A stretch of 64,000 nt of DNA, taken from the NCBI RefSeq assembly GCF_006345805.1, contig NC_043012.1, positions 20,026,001-20,090,000 on the forward strand. The letters are read 5' to 3'. Position 1 is the stretch's first letter; each line of letters begins with the position of its first letter. Source of the stretch: Octopus sinensis (lineage: Eukaryota). The notes under the pieces were generated by a model, which was not told the origin of the DNA, ran no database searches, and was given only the letters and a program-made list of their open reading frames with translations. Shown piece by piece: positions 52,301 to 64,000 of the stretch. The translations under genes were made by a program, and so were the position numbers.

Positions 52301-52506
52301 ATATATATATATATGTATATATTTGTTTGTACTTAATTATAACGGTACTAGAGCACTTAATTATAAATGTTATTTTATTTTATAAGCATATACTTAAAAA
52401 TTAATTTTCCCGATACAGTCACCTTTTATATGCTAGCAACTGATATAATCATTTTAATGATTATATTCTTAATTCATAAGTATATATATATGTGTGTGTG
52501 TGTGTG

Positions 52507-52542
<36 letters not shown>

Positions 52543-53149
52543 CAGCGGTCTTTCAGTTTCCGTCTACCAAACCCACTCATAATAGCTTAGTCGGGTAGAG
52601 GCTAAAGTAGAAGAGAGCACTTGTGAAAATCACTATGTAGTGGGACCTCAACCCGGGCCCATGTGTATGAGAAGCAATTTCTTACAACACAGCCATAGCT
52701 GCATCTGTACTATTTCTAAAGAATTTTTTTTTTTAATTACTCACGCTGAAATGCATATTTGTTTTATTTTGCAGATTATATTCACGGTCATATTGCGCTT
52801 TCACCAAATCGTTTTTATGAAATCAATGCAATTGTAAACGTCCAATTTCTCCAGAGCAAAATGAGAGGGTACATCATATGCTTCCTGATCTTCCTTGACC
52901 TTCCTTACACGTAAGCAATCATTGTTTGTTTATAGTGACATACGTCATATATTATATGTATATTCTATTGATTGTCTTTTGATCTAATCGTGTTCATCCA
53001 TTCGCTAGACAAGTAAAACAAGATTGTCTAGTGGTTTGGTGGTGGTGGTGGTGGTGATGGTAGTGGTAGTAGTTTCCCTATTATAGTTATGAATATAAGT
53101 ATTAGTGGTGGTGCTATTAGTATCAGCATTCGCCCCAGTTACATATCGG

Positions 53150-53570
53150 CCTCCATAGGACGCGGGTATGTTTGTATCTTGGTTAATTCTGGCTGTAGTG
53201 CTAGGGTTGCGAGTGTGGTGTAATTCCCTCAATACTGGTATTGTTGTCTTCCTGAATTTATATATTTAAATAGTAGGAAATAAGTTTACGTTTATTGGAG
53301 GAGATAACAATATATTCTATATTGGGTGGAGACAAGTAGGATACATTAAGGTAGATCTATTAAAGATTGATCGGTATTTACGGTGACGTGAGAAGTTAGA
53401 ATCTAATATTTGAAAGAAGGCTTTTGTTAAGCTCTTAGCGTTTAAAGTGAAAGGAGTGTAAACCAGAGGATTGACATACCCAGATTTTATTAGGCGATAT
53501 AGAGGAAGTATAATCTATAGTATTGGTTAGATGTGGTGAGGTGGTGGTGAGTAACTGAATTCCATATAAA
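53150..53570 (-). mobile_element. PLE thumb/linker fragment
   Basis: Minus strand KAFFQILDSNFSRHRKYRSIFNRST; head-to-head with the next element. Confidence 0.65.
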
Positions 53571-53579
53571 GAGATAATA

Positions 53580-56500
53580 TATAGAGATATTTTAAATAAA
53601 TAGAAATATTTATAAAAAATTAAAATATTTTTAAAATTTCAAAAGACGACTATAACCTAACACTTAAGAAGGCTGGATATAAATATGAAATTAAGTAGAA
53701 TAAAAACGACAGCATCAATACTAGTAATAGCAAAATATATCTTGATATGAACCACATAGATAATATCAAGAACCTAAGTCACCTATGACGTGGAGGCCCT
53801 GCTGTACCTTTTCGTCACAACTTTCTCTCACACTCTCTTCCTGTTTCTTGAGTAACGCTGCGATGGACTGGCGTCCCGTCCAGCTGGGGGGAACACATAC
53901 GCCACAGAAACCAAGAAACCGGGCCCATGAGCCTGGCTAGGCTTTAAAAGGGCGACATTTATCGTTTTAAGTCACCTATGAATTAGTACACCCCGACAAA
54001 TATATTAAAAAAGCTGTCAATAATAGTCATCAACATAATTTTGGCAATAGAAACGGAATTCACAACTACAATTAACAGGCTAATAATTTTAATCAATATG
54101 AGCACAATAACCAAACCTTTACTAAAAGAAAAAATAATATAAATTTTAGCAATTCATACCTTACTAACAGCACTATTACTAATATTAATAAACCCAAGAA
54201 ACACGAGAAATGCTCAATTATAGATAAAATAAGATTAGTAAATCAATAAACATAAAAAATTAAAATAATCTAATCTCACCTAACCCCCTCCAATAATACA
54301 CATAATCACAGAAGTGATATTAATATAGTTAGGAATAAACTTGCAAAAAATAACCAATACCTCGTGTGAGAATAGCTGACACCCCAAACATCCAATCCCT
54401 GCAATAAAGGAAACAGCAATATCACTACTTGGATCATAATACCTTTTACCAAACATCTAAAATCTAATTATATTACGTCCATAAGAAGTATAATAATTAA
54501 AAATTTAAACTCCAAATATGCAAAAAATAGTTCATAATAAAAAAATTAGATTTGGATTTTCAGTGTCTCCTAATCGTTTTAGGATAAACTCTTCTTTTAG
54601 CAATAAGAAATTAGACCTGTTCTATAATTTAAAAAATTTCATTAAATATTCCTAACAACTCCAATAATCCTATAATCAACAACTACTATTATGATAAGAA
54701 ACAAAAGTACATTAATCCTAATAAATATAGACATGACAGCGTAGTACCAACAAATAATTTAAATTTTAATTTTAGAGACCCAGATACTTGTGAAATAAAC
54801 AGAAATAGTAAAATGAAAGAAGTAGTATACCAAGCAATTGTTATTACTCATAACACCTCTAAGTATATATACGTTGGTTTCACGAAAAATTCTATTAAAT
54901 CAAGAATTAATACTCATAAATCTTCCTTTAGGGAGCCTAGAAAAGAGACTGGCACAGGTCTCCTCCAAAGAGACAATATTGATTACTCAATCTCTTGGAA
55001 AATCCTATCTTCTGCCCCCGCTGCCAAATACAATATTAAAATTTGTTGGTTATGTTTGAAAGAAAGCTACACTGTAATGAGAATGGATTGATATCTGGTT
55101 AACACAAAGCATGAAAAGGTTTTCCTCATATAAACACATGACCAAACTCAATTTTTTAATAATCTTAAATAATACTCCCCTCCCCACTTTTAAGAAATAT
55201 TTTCATATTTTAATATTTCTATTTATTTAAAACTAGCAGTATCGCCCGGCGTTGCTCAAGTTAGTAAGGCAAATAACTATATAAGCATTTTTAGAGAGTT
55301 ATAGCCAATAAATAGCAAAAAATTTCATTCAAAATGGAAAAAAAATTATGGTAATTTTTTTTTTAAATCGTTGACTCATCGTAGATATTTTTAGAGAGTT
55401 ACTTCCCTTATATAATAGCGAAAAGATGCATTCAAATGGAGAAAAATGATGGTAAATTATTTTTAAAATCGTAGACTCATCGTAGACGCGCGCTAATACC
55501 AAGAAGGGCTCGATATGAATCACGACTATAAGATAACCGCTTTTGGTTATACTGCACCGCAAAATGTGGGAGTAGTTAGGAATTTAAATCGTAGGAGACA
55601 GACACACAACTTCACTTTTATATATAAAGATATCTTTATATATTATATCTTTCTATGCAATTCAATCACTCATCACATCCTTTTCACAACATTATGTACT
55701 AACAATTTTTCCCTCATAAGATTTTTTTGTATGACATTATATATTAATTTGTTTTGTATATTTTGTATACTTATGTGTACCCACTACTCGTAAATTTTTC
55801 TTACTTTCATAACACACAATAACCTTCTACTACTTGAATATTTATTACTAAGATAATACCACTATATACTTCCTTCCTACTTTATGTCAAGCTAATTCCT
55901 TAACTCATGCTTTTATTTATAATTAAACATAGTCAATGCATTACCTTACATATCGATATATATAATTGATATCCTCTATTTTTTAAGATTTTATTCTTAG
56001 CTCTACTACCTCCCTTACATTGTTATTTTTCAGTTCACAACATGCTATAATAAAACCTCTGAGTGTTCATTTTCATATTTTTAGCCATATCAAATGTGTG
56101 ATATTAACAACTATTATTTCTGTTTTTTTACCCTATATTTAATACATACAATCTAACATTACTTCTTACACTAACACAACTCCTTTTTACGTGACTTTTT
56201 TCTCTCTTTAAGCATTTCTACCTCTTTATTACTTGTTTACCTTACATTCCAGCCGACAATCATACACTATGCCCTCTAGTTTAACTTCATTCTCATGTAC
56301 AATTTTTTTATAAATATACACATCACTTAGTATTGTTTCTAACTGTCAGGTCGTATCCAAATTCAAACATAGCTATGCTTTTCTATTGGACATTTCTATC
56401 CAACTTTCTTTACATACAGGACTTATTTGGAGTTAGAATTACCTATCTCCTTACACTTCTATTCAGGGAACGTCTCATAAAACCTTTTTCCCATATATTT

Positions 56501-56580
56501 TCAAATGAAGGTTAGTTACCCTAGATTTAGCTTATACCAAACTAGACTCATATTTCTTCTTTCTTTCTCATAAGGTTAAA
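53580..56580 (+). mobile_element. Decayed PLE with second-type GIY-YIG (54780-55140), interrupted by a SINE and a Helitron
   Basis: YNLTLKKAGYKY; VVYQAIV...YIYVGFTKNSIKSRINTHKSSF...WKILSSAP...CWLCLKES; hammerhead remnant near 56505-56560. Confidence 0.8.
55233..55630 (-). mobile_element. Non-autonomous Helitron inserted in a PLE 3' region
   Basis: Minus strand a|TCtttatatataaaagtgaag...gcaacgccgggcgatactgCTAG|t. Confidence 0.85.
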
Positions 56581-56992
56581 TATGAATATCCGAAATTATA
56601 CTCTGGTATTTCCTTCATCAACTCTTTCATAATAATTTTTCGTTTATACTTCTTGTAATAAAGAGAACAGTGATAATATAATTACTTTAATTTAATTTAA
56701 TTTAATTAATTTAAATATTTTTGTTCAACCATGAATTTGCATGATTTTAATATTGTGATTGGAAACGATTGTCTGCATAAGTTAAATTTCTCGTAAATTT
56801 TAACATCTTCTCTGCTCCAATTTTAACAAATTTGTTGTGTTTTATGGGATTCTTTTCCAAAAATTCACATGATGCAGCATAAAGAAATATTAATTTCATA
56901 TTCGCAGACTTATGCCAGCAAGCCACGAGTATGAAGAATCTATATTTGAATTCTTTTTGAATCCTTCAAACAAATTATAATTCAACCTATAC

Positions 56993-57024
<32 letters not shown>

Positions 57025-57084
57025 TTGTAAAAAATGAAGTTCGAAAATACTGCTGTATTATACAATTTTTAATTTTTATATATA

Positions 57085-57130
57085 CATTATAACATGTTTC
57101 AGTTCCTGAAATGAACCTTATCAAAAAAAG
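57085..57130 (-). ncRNA. Possible hammerhead (U3-A8 core, ACATGT stem III) with weak stem I; copy near 40230-40272
   Basis: Minus strand TTGATAA-ggttc atttcag gaact-GAAA-catg-TT. Confidence 0.4.
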
Positions 57131-57505
57131 TTATATATAAAAAGAGACAGCTCATGCCGTCAAACACAAGAAATTCTTTTATAATACACAACGGAGTCAG
57201 ACATCTTAGAGTTCATGTATAGTTGATATATAGTTCATGTATAGTTGATATATAGTTTGAAGTATATGTTCAAAGTGTTCGATGCAGTGGCCCACGGTGG
57301 CGATACGTATTCAATACAAAAAACAGATCAAAGTGGTGGAAAGCGGTCAATACAGAAGATTGATGTTTCCGAAAGAGCGAGGAATTCATTTTTACCTTAA
57401 GCAATTGTGATGGCCCATGGTGGAAGTTCGCTGGGTGGTTCTAGTGAGTTTTTGTGAAATGCTCGGTTTTATAATGCCTGTTAGGTGGTCAATCTAGCGT
57501 AGCGT

Positions 57506-57837
57506 GACGTCATCAATGTTTTTACCAATCGTTTCGTTAGGTGGCTTTAATCAAGTGGAACGGGACGTCATCATTATTTTGACCAATCGCTGCATTATAA
57601 CTCCCTCTTGTTTGTTTCCTGTCTTGACCAGTCGCTTCGTTAGTCAAGCATAGCGGGACGTCATCCAGATTCTGCCCAATCACGACTTATAGCTACATTA
57701 GATCTGCCCCCTGTCTGTACTTGTTAGGTGACTATTCAAGCAGAAAAGGACGTCATCAATATTCTGACTAATGACTGTCCCCTGTTTGTATCCTGTCCAT
57801 TCTAGCAGAGCTAGACGTCATCAACTTGTTGACCAAT
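57506..57837. promoter_or_regulatory. Array of five GACGTCA-N12-CCAAT modules (CRE-like site plus CCAAT box)
   Basis: GACGTCA at 57506, 57564, 57657, 57749 and 57814, each exactly 12 nt before CCAAT (one is CTAAT). Two more at 40546 and 40604. Confidence 0.7.
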
Positions 57838-58586
57838 CAGAATCGGGTCTGACCCTTAGCTGTATCGTATGTATCAGGGTCAGATTTGCACGAAAGAATT
57901 TTTTTCCTTTTTTACTAAGGCATATTTGTGAGTGTCTGTTTGAAGTAGCGGCCGTGGTGAAATTTGGTTCTCCTTTTCGGAGGACTTATCTTTTGTTTTA
58001 GTATTCCTGGCCCAGGGTGTTTAAACTTGGTCTAAATTTTTTTATGAAATATAGTTCTTTATTTTGGCGTTGTGTGAAGGTTGCGTTGTCACTGAATTTA
58101 TAGAGCGGGTTAGTTGTAAATTTCGGATTTACATTTCCAGCACATCTATCTATGTGTCCGCTGACCGGTATTTTGCGGTAATCAGGGTTTCTAATTTGTG
58201 ATTTATGCACCGCCATCCTGTTACGTAAGCTATTTTTTGTATGGCCTATATACTGCCTATTGCAGCCTGCGCATGTTATGACGTAAATTAAGTTTTCTGA
58301 TGCGCAGGTGAAGTTTGTTCTAATGGTGAACTGGTGGCCTTGTTCCAGTATAATTCTGATCCTTCTTTCAAGATGACACAGATTCCGCAGTTGGGCCTTC
58401 CACATTTTCTAACTGCTGGTTTTGTGGTTGATGTTGAGTGCAGTGTAGCTTGGGTTAAAATCCTTTTCAAGGATTTTGGTTGCCGTTTACTTTTAATGAT
58501 GGTGTGTGTTTCGAGGATCCGGTTCATCTTTGGGTCTCCCTTTAGTAGGGCTGTGCTTTGTAGTATGGTGTTGAAGGCTATATATA

Positions 58587-58629
<43 letters not shown>

Positions 58630-58764
58630 TAGATATATAGGTTGCTAGACAGATAGATAGATAGATCATATATACACACATATATATGATATATAAATAT
58701 ATGCATATATACGTACATATATGTACATACCTACATATATATGTATATACATATATATGCATAT

Positions 58765-61700
58765 AAGGGTACAGGACATCAAAAAAACGTTGGACACAAG
58801 GAGAAACGAAAACATAAAAACAAAAACATAGAAACGAAATTTTTTTGAAACAACGACAAAAACAGAGAAACAAGACATACAACACAAGGAATATTCCCCT
58901 TCTTCAGTTGTCCTTGTTTCATCTACTCCACGTTTCGAGAGGTAAGGACCATATAAAACGATCGATGAAGAAATGCAAACCGAAATCGCTAAACGTACTG
59001 ATGAACAACTTTTGGAAAACGTTGTAAAACTATGGAAAGACAGCTGTGAGACGGAAAAAACAAATTCCCTGATACGATGGGAAAACAGTGTTAACTTCTT
59101 CCTTAGTTATGAAGCTCAGTTTAAAAGAGACTACACTTCAGATAACCCCTTCTTAAAAACTAAACTCCATAAGAAATACATCTACTGAAATAAATACACG
59201 ACCAGCTAGATAGAGCAACCAACATCCAAAAGAAAACAAACACACAAAGCTGACCCATCACCTAGAAGTAAACCATTCTCTATCTAATAACTGGGACAAG
59301 TTACCAATTAGAAATACTAGAAGAAACCAACCAAGAGTTAGGAGTAACTTTTTCTCCCCAGCAACTAGAAACACCCAAGGGACCTCTTTACTCCTCGGCG
59401 GTATAAAGATTTTTATACCGAGCGAAGAGAAACAGGGACACACGTTGGAATAAAACATACAGGAGAAACCCAATGTAATTAACTTATCAAAGAAAACTTT
59501 CTCTACAACAAAAATCAATTTACTAGCTAAAGGTTTATAGTTTGCTCCAACCCCACTAAGATCTAACCATTAAAGACATTATTTCAGAATTCTGCAGAAA
59601 ACAACGACTCGCATAATCACTAAGTGACTACAACAACGATGATGAATCACTGGTGAACAGCAGAAGTAATTACCTTCCACATGAGGGTAGGAATAAAACA
59701 CTGGATGACTTCTGCGACCATATCTAAAATTTCCCATATACTTCCCATAAACGAAAAATGAATTGGAACCGCAACAATCTAGAATGGAAAAATTTAATTG
59801 AACTACAAAACGACAAAGACCTGACAATTAAAGAAGCAGACAAAGTAAATGCTGTAGTCCTGATGGACACAGAACACAATGAAAACCTAGTATTATCCAT
59901 ACTAGAAAACGAGGCCTTCTACGAAAAAGTTATAAAATATAAACAACTAAAAACAATGGAAAATCTTGCACCCTTAATTCTTCTACATGGAAAATGCCTG
60001 ACAGAAAAAAAGCAGACTACATCACGAACTTCAAATGTAAACCCAGTCTTTTTTACGGCCTTCCTAAAATACACAAATCAAGATAATTAATGAAGCCTGC
60101 TATCGATCACCAGGCATATATATACATATCCAAACGCCGAAAGACTTAACTTTAAGACCAATTATAGATGGCCCAGCCTGTGACACCCACGGTCTAAGCA
60201 ATTTTCTAGACATCCTACTGAAGCCCTTGCTGAAATACATGGAAAGTTTCATTAGCGACGATTTAGACATGCTAGAACACCTAACAAAAACAATTACTAA
60301 AGAGGCAATATTGGTTACTCTCAATGTAATAAATCTTTACACCAACATCCCATATGAACCTGAAGTACTCCCGGAACACATCAGTAAGATCTTTATTATT
60401 GCATTGTTAAAACTTATATTTCAGAAAAATTATTTCCTATTTGATGAAACATACTATCGTCAGTTATGCGGAATTGCGATGGTAACGATTACAACCCTTG
60501 TTCTTGCGAAACTAATAATGGGTTATTTTGAATTCACCTTATATGAAGTATCACTTCAAAAATATGGTTACCCATTTTACCTTTACATAAGAGAAAATTG
60601 GAAAAGATACCTGGACGATAGTTTTATTATTTAGAAGGTGAACATCGACAAATTTAAGGATTTCAATTCAACGCCAAATGAGATAAATAGTAACATTCAA
60701 TTCACAATGGAATATAACAAGGAACAGCTCCTATTTTAGACATCAGGATAAAATAAAGTCTACAATCGATTTATATATCTGACATCTACTATAAACCAAC
60801 TGACTCAACACAATATCTCCCGAAACGCATCAAAATACATATACCCTTCAATTTGGCATAAAGGATTTGCACAATAATGTCTGGTAGAAATGCTTGGGAC
60901 CTTCGTCTTCAAGACCTTAAAACAACGCTTACTGAAAAACAATATCCACCCTCACTTATAGACCAGGGAATTTAAACGTGCCAAAAAATTAGACATGAAA
61001 ACACTAAGGACAACAAAACATAACACCACACCTCATCTCAAAACACTACATCAACACACAACTCCAGAAATTGAGGCATTCAACACTCCAAAAAGCTCTC
61101 TCTGCGACGATTTCATCTCAATCGAAGGAGAGTGGCTTTCTCCGTCCGGGTTGCGGATCGGTGGAATAAGCTGCCGGACGAGATAGTGAAGATGCTGACG
61201 ACAGCTCGGTTGAAAGTCTCCCTTGACCACAAATGGCCTAATCTCTTTGCATGAACACCACCCTGTACATAACTCCATGTCCCCCTACATGGCCTTGCTT
61301 CTTGCTTTTTGAGCCAAACGTTTTTTTAAAAAAACAACAACAAAACAACACTATTGTGCAAAATCTCCCTTTACTTACTGGAGATCCAAAAATGAACGAC
61401 ATCCCGAAAACGCATAAACGCATCAATTGCAAGAAGCAACACAAATCGCTAAAGAGGCTACTAACAAATGCGAAGATTTACAAAACAACCACGAAACCAA
61501 AGGTTAAAAAATGTGGACGCCCAAACTATGGATCCGGCTCCAATTTACTTGAAGGCTAGGATTTCCTGTTCAAATAATTAAAACTAGTTTCACGTGCGCC
61601 TCTGAGAACCTACTTTAAGTAATAAACTGCTCGGTGTTGCGGACACAACTATATTGGACAGACGAGTATGACTTTGAGTATACCCACATACACGATCACC

Positions 61701-62740
61701 CACGAGCGCACACACAAATGTTTCATACACATGTCTATATACGTATATACACAAGAAAAAAACAGGGCTAAAGGCAAAATACAGAAAAAATGGCTAAAAA
61801 GTGTAGAAGATAAGCAATAAGAGTAAAACACGTCTGTATACTCACATACTCGCATGCACGCACACACACACATCTATATACGAACAAGCCCGCGCACACG
61901 CACACATCTACACGCGCGCACAAAAAATTCCATATACTCGTCTATATACCAACATGGAAAATGCAGGGGAGGGGGAGGAAGAACACAGAAAAATTATGTG
62001 TAAAAAATATATATGAGCAATAAAACTATAAACCGATACCTCTATTAATATTTTTAAAAATATATAAAAAACATATGAGAAATATAAATGAAATATATAT
62101 TAATAACTACACCTAGGTAATTGATAACCACCAGGTTGGTGTCTGTAGTTATGCTAAGACCGAAAGTTTTCATCAAATGGATAATGTTCCTCCTTATCCG
62201 ATACTTGCTGGTCTATTGGTATTTGCGGTGATAGTTAGGGCATTTTTTCTCATTTTCCTGTATTTTACCTTTAGCCCAGTTTTGTCTCGTACATGTGCGT
62301 ATGTAGACGTGTGTCTGAAACGTTTTTGTGCGTGTGTGTGTGTGCGTGTGTGTGAACGAGTACGAGCGTCTATGCGGGTATCAGTATATTTTTGGTGAAT
62401 GTGTGGGTGAGTATGTGTGTGTTTCAAGTGAGGGTCGATGAGTATATACATATAGGCACACGTACATGGGTGTGTATGTATGAACATGCGCGCTTATGCA
62501 ATTACTATGAACATTTTTACTCTCTTACCCTTGCTCCCTCCCCTTACTTAGCGGTAATTCTAATAGCTCTTTTGTCTTAATAACGGTCAATCACACAGTA
62601 ATTTCCCTTTGTTTCAACGGTCATTTTCATAGCAGTTTTTTCGATGGCCCGATAACTGAAGAGATGCCGGTGTGGATTTCCGCCTCGACATCCGAAGCTC
62701 GGAGCTTTATCATGGCTACCGAATACTTGTCACATATTTT
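58765..62740 (+). mobile_element. Near full-length but heavily disrupted PLE (RT plus partial GIY-YIG)
   Basis: IKEADKVNAVV, FYGLPKIHK, RPIIDGP, LVTLNVINLYTNIP, YRQLCGIAM, WKRYLDDSFII, IYYKPTDS, KCGRP, TCASEN..YIGQT; many stops and frameshifts. Confidence 0.9.
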
Positions 62741-63119
62741 ATATATCTATCTATATCTATATATCTATATATATATATATAATAGAAATACAATTTGTAA
62801 ATCTATTGAGAGATATTCAGTAACACTTCTTTAAAGTAAAGAAATATATATATATATATATGTATGTATGTATAAGGCCATGTGCGCGTGCATGCCTATA
62901 TGCGTGTGTCTGTATGCATGTATAAACCATATTGTGAAAGCATCAAATCCATTTATGAAAATCTTTTATCGCCTATAATATCAAAGAGGCATTAAATTTG
63001 ACAACAAAGTAAAGGTCCATATAGCTGCCATTATTTTTACATTCTTCTATGGCATGCAATCATGGAAACCCTATAAGTAGCACGTCATCCCTCTAGACCT
63101 CATCCAAAGAGGATGTCTC

Positions 63120-64000
63120 AGGGCAGTCTGGATCTATTCACTAAATGACAGGGTGCTTAATATCGACCTGTTTAACAAGTGTAAGCACAAGTAGAATCAA
63201 GATCTTAGTCGCAATTGCACAGATTTTGTCATGCTGTGAAGATGAGTGATGAAAGAATAACCAAAGTCTTCATGTACAGCCACCTTGAAACTGGGGACAG
63301 GAATGTTGGTGGGCCATGGCTCAAATATAACGACGAGCAGAAGAGTAAACCCTCAACAGACAATATAGCTCGCTACACATTTGAGCAAACAGCAGAAATT
63401 CTAAAATTGATATCCTAGAGCATGTTGGAATTTCAAAATACAAAAACATTGGTAATAAAATATCCTATAAAGGAGTGGAAATTGATATTTGTACTAAATA
63501 TGCTGCACCTTAATCATCCTCAAAACGGAACTGTTAGAATGTCGGACATGAATTCTTGGAACACAACATTCGGTGTGGTACACTGTGATTTGAAATCTTA
63601 CCGAAGTCAAGATCATTATGCTTTTTTAGGAGATAATAAAATAGAATCCCAGTCAAATTCTTTCATTTCTACAATCGACTGATTATCTCCCCTTCTATTT
63701 CTGACCTTCTGTTTCATAAATCTTACTCAAATGAATTGCTTTTTGTCCTTTCCAGTTTCAACTTCCCACCAGACGTTGTCATGGGATCTATTCATTTCTT
63801 AAGAGTACTTTAATTCATCTAAACTTAAAGTAACCTTTTGGACACTCAAATAATTCTACCGCAATATGTGATTTTCTATTCCCACTATTTTCTTTCTAGG
63901 TCTTCTGCTGAAAAAAGTTATACGGAATCACAGCTCATGAAATACAGGTCAAGGGACCATGCTTGGGAAAACTTCTTTATGAGGTATGTTTTTTTTTACT
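63120..64000 (+). mobile_element. Composite RTE-derived repeat (runs off the window)
   Basis: Reverse-complement homology to 36130-37385. Confidence 0.8.

Larger units (their letters stand above)
57024..58585 (-). mobile_element. 5'-truncated PLE: linker, GIY-YIG (57998-58405) and 3' region with promoter array
   Basis: KCGRPNCGIC; TCASENLIYVITCAGCNRQYIGHT...H...H...ELYFIKKFRPSLN. Confidence 0.9.

Noticed and set aside
62651-62711. Hammerhead-like gataa-CTGAAGA...GAAG...ttatc at the end of the large PLE
   Set aside because: Lacks GAAA and the A15.1-U16.1 pair and stem II is out of register; at most a decayed relic.

Overview
AT-rich, microsatellite-dense animal DNA. The SINE, Penelope-like element (PLE), Helitron and Tc1/mariner content suggests a coleoid cephalopod, probably an octopus; this is inferred from repeat families, not proven. 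Most ORFs in the supplied track are microsatellite or transposon artefacts. The main result is missed by the ORF track: a minus-strand spliced gene spanning about 4.5-35 kb. It has 13 consecutive phase-2 symmetric exons; ten are under 60 nt (15-57 nt), three are 93-138 nt, and most carry near-consensus splice sites. These, plus two 3' exons, join into a stop-free reading frame of about 250-270 aa: a Cys-containing pro-like region, a furin-type RRKR site, a Gly/Ala-rich hydrophobic segment with two GFLG motifs, a helical region, and a possible GPI/TM tail. I do not recognise the protein. The second theme is PLE debris of two GIY-YIG types carrying several distinct hammerhead-ribozyme motifs, including a U3-A8 core variant, covarying palindromic stem III and sense-strand intronic copies. 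One PLE 3' region holds a CRE-N12-CCAAT promoter array. There are also several long inverted repeats. All calls were made by eye; no database searches were run.
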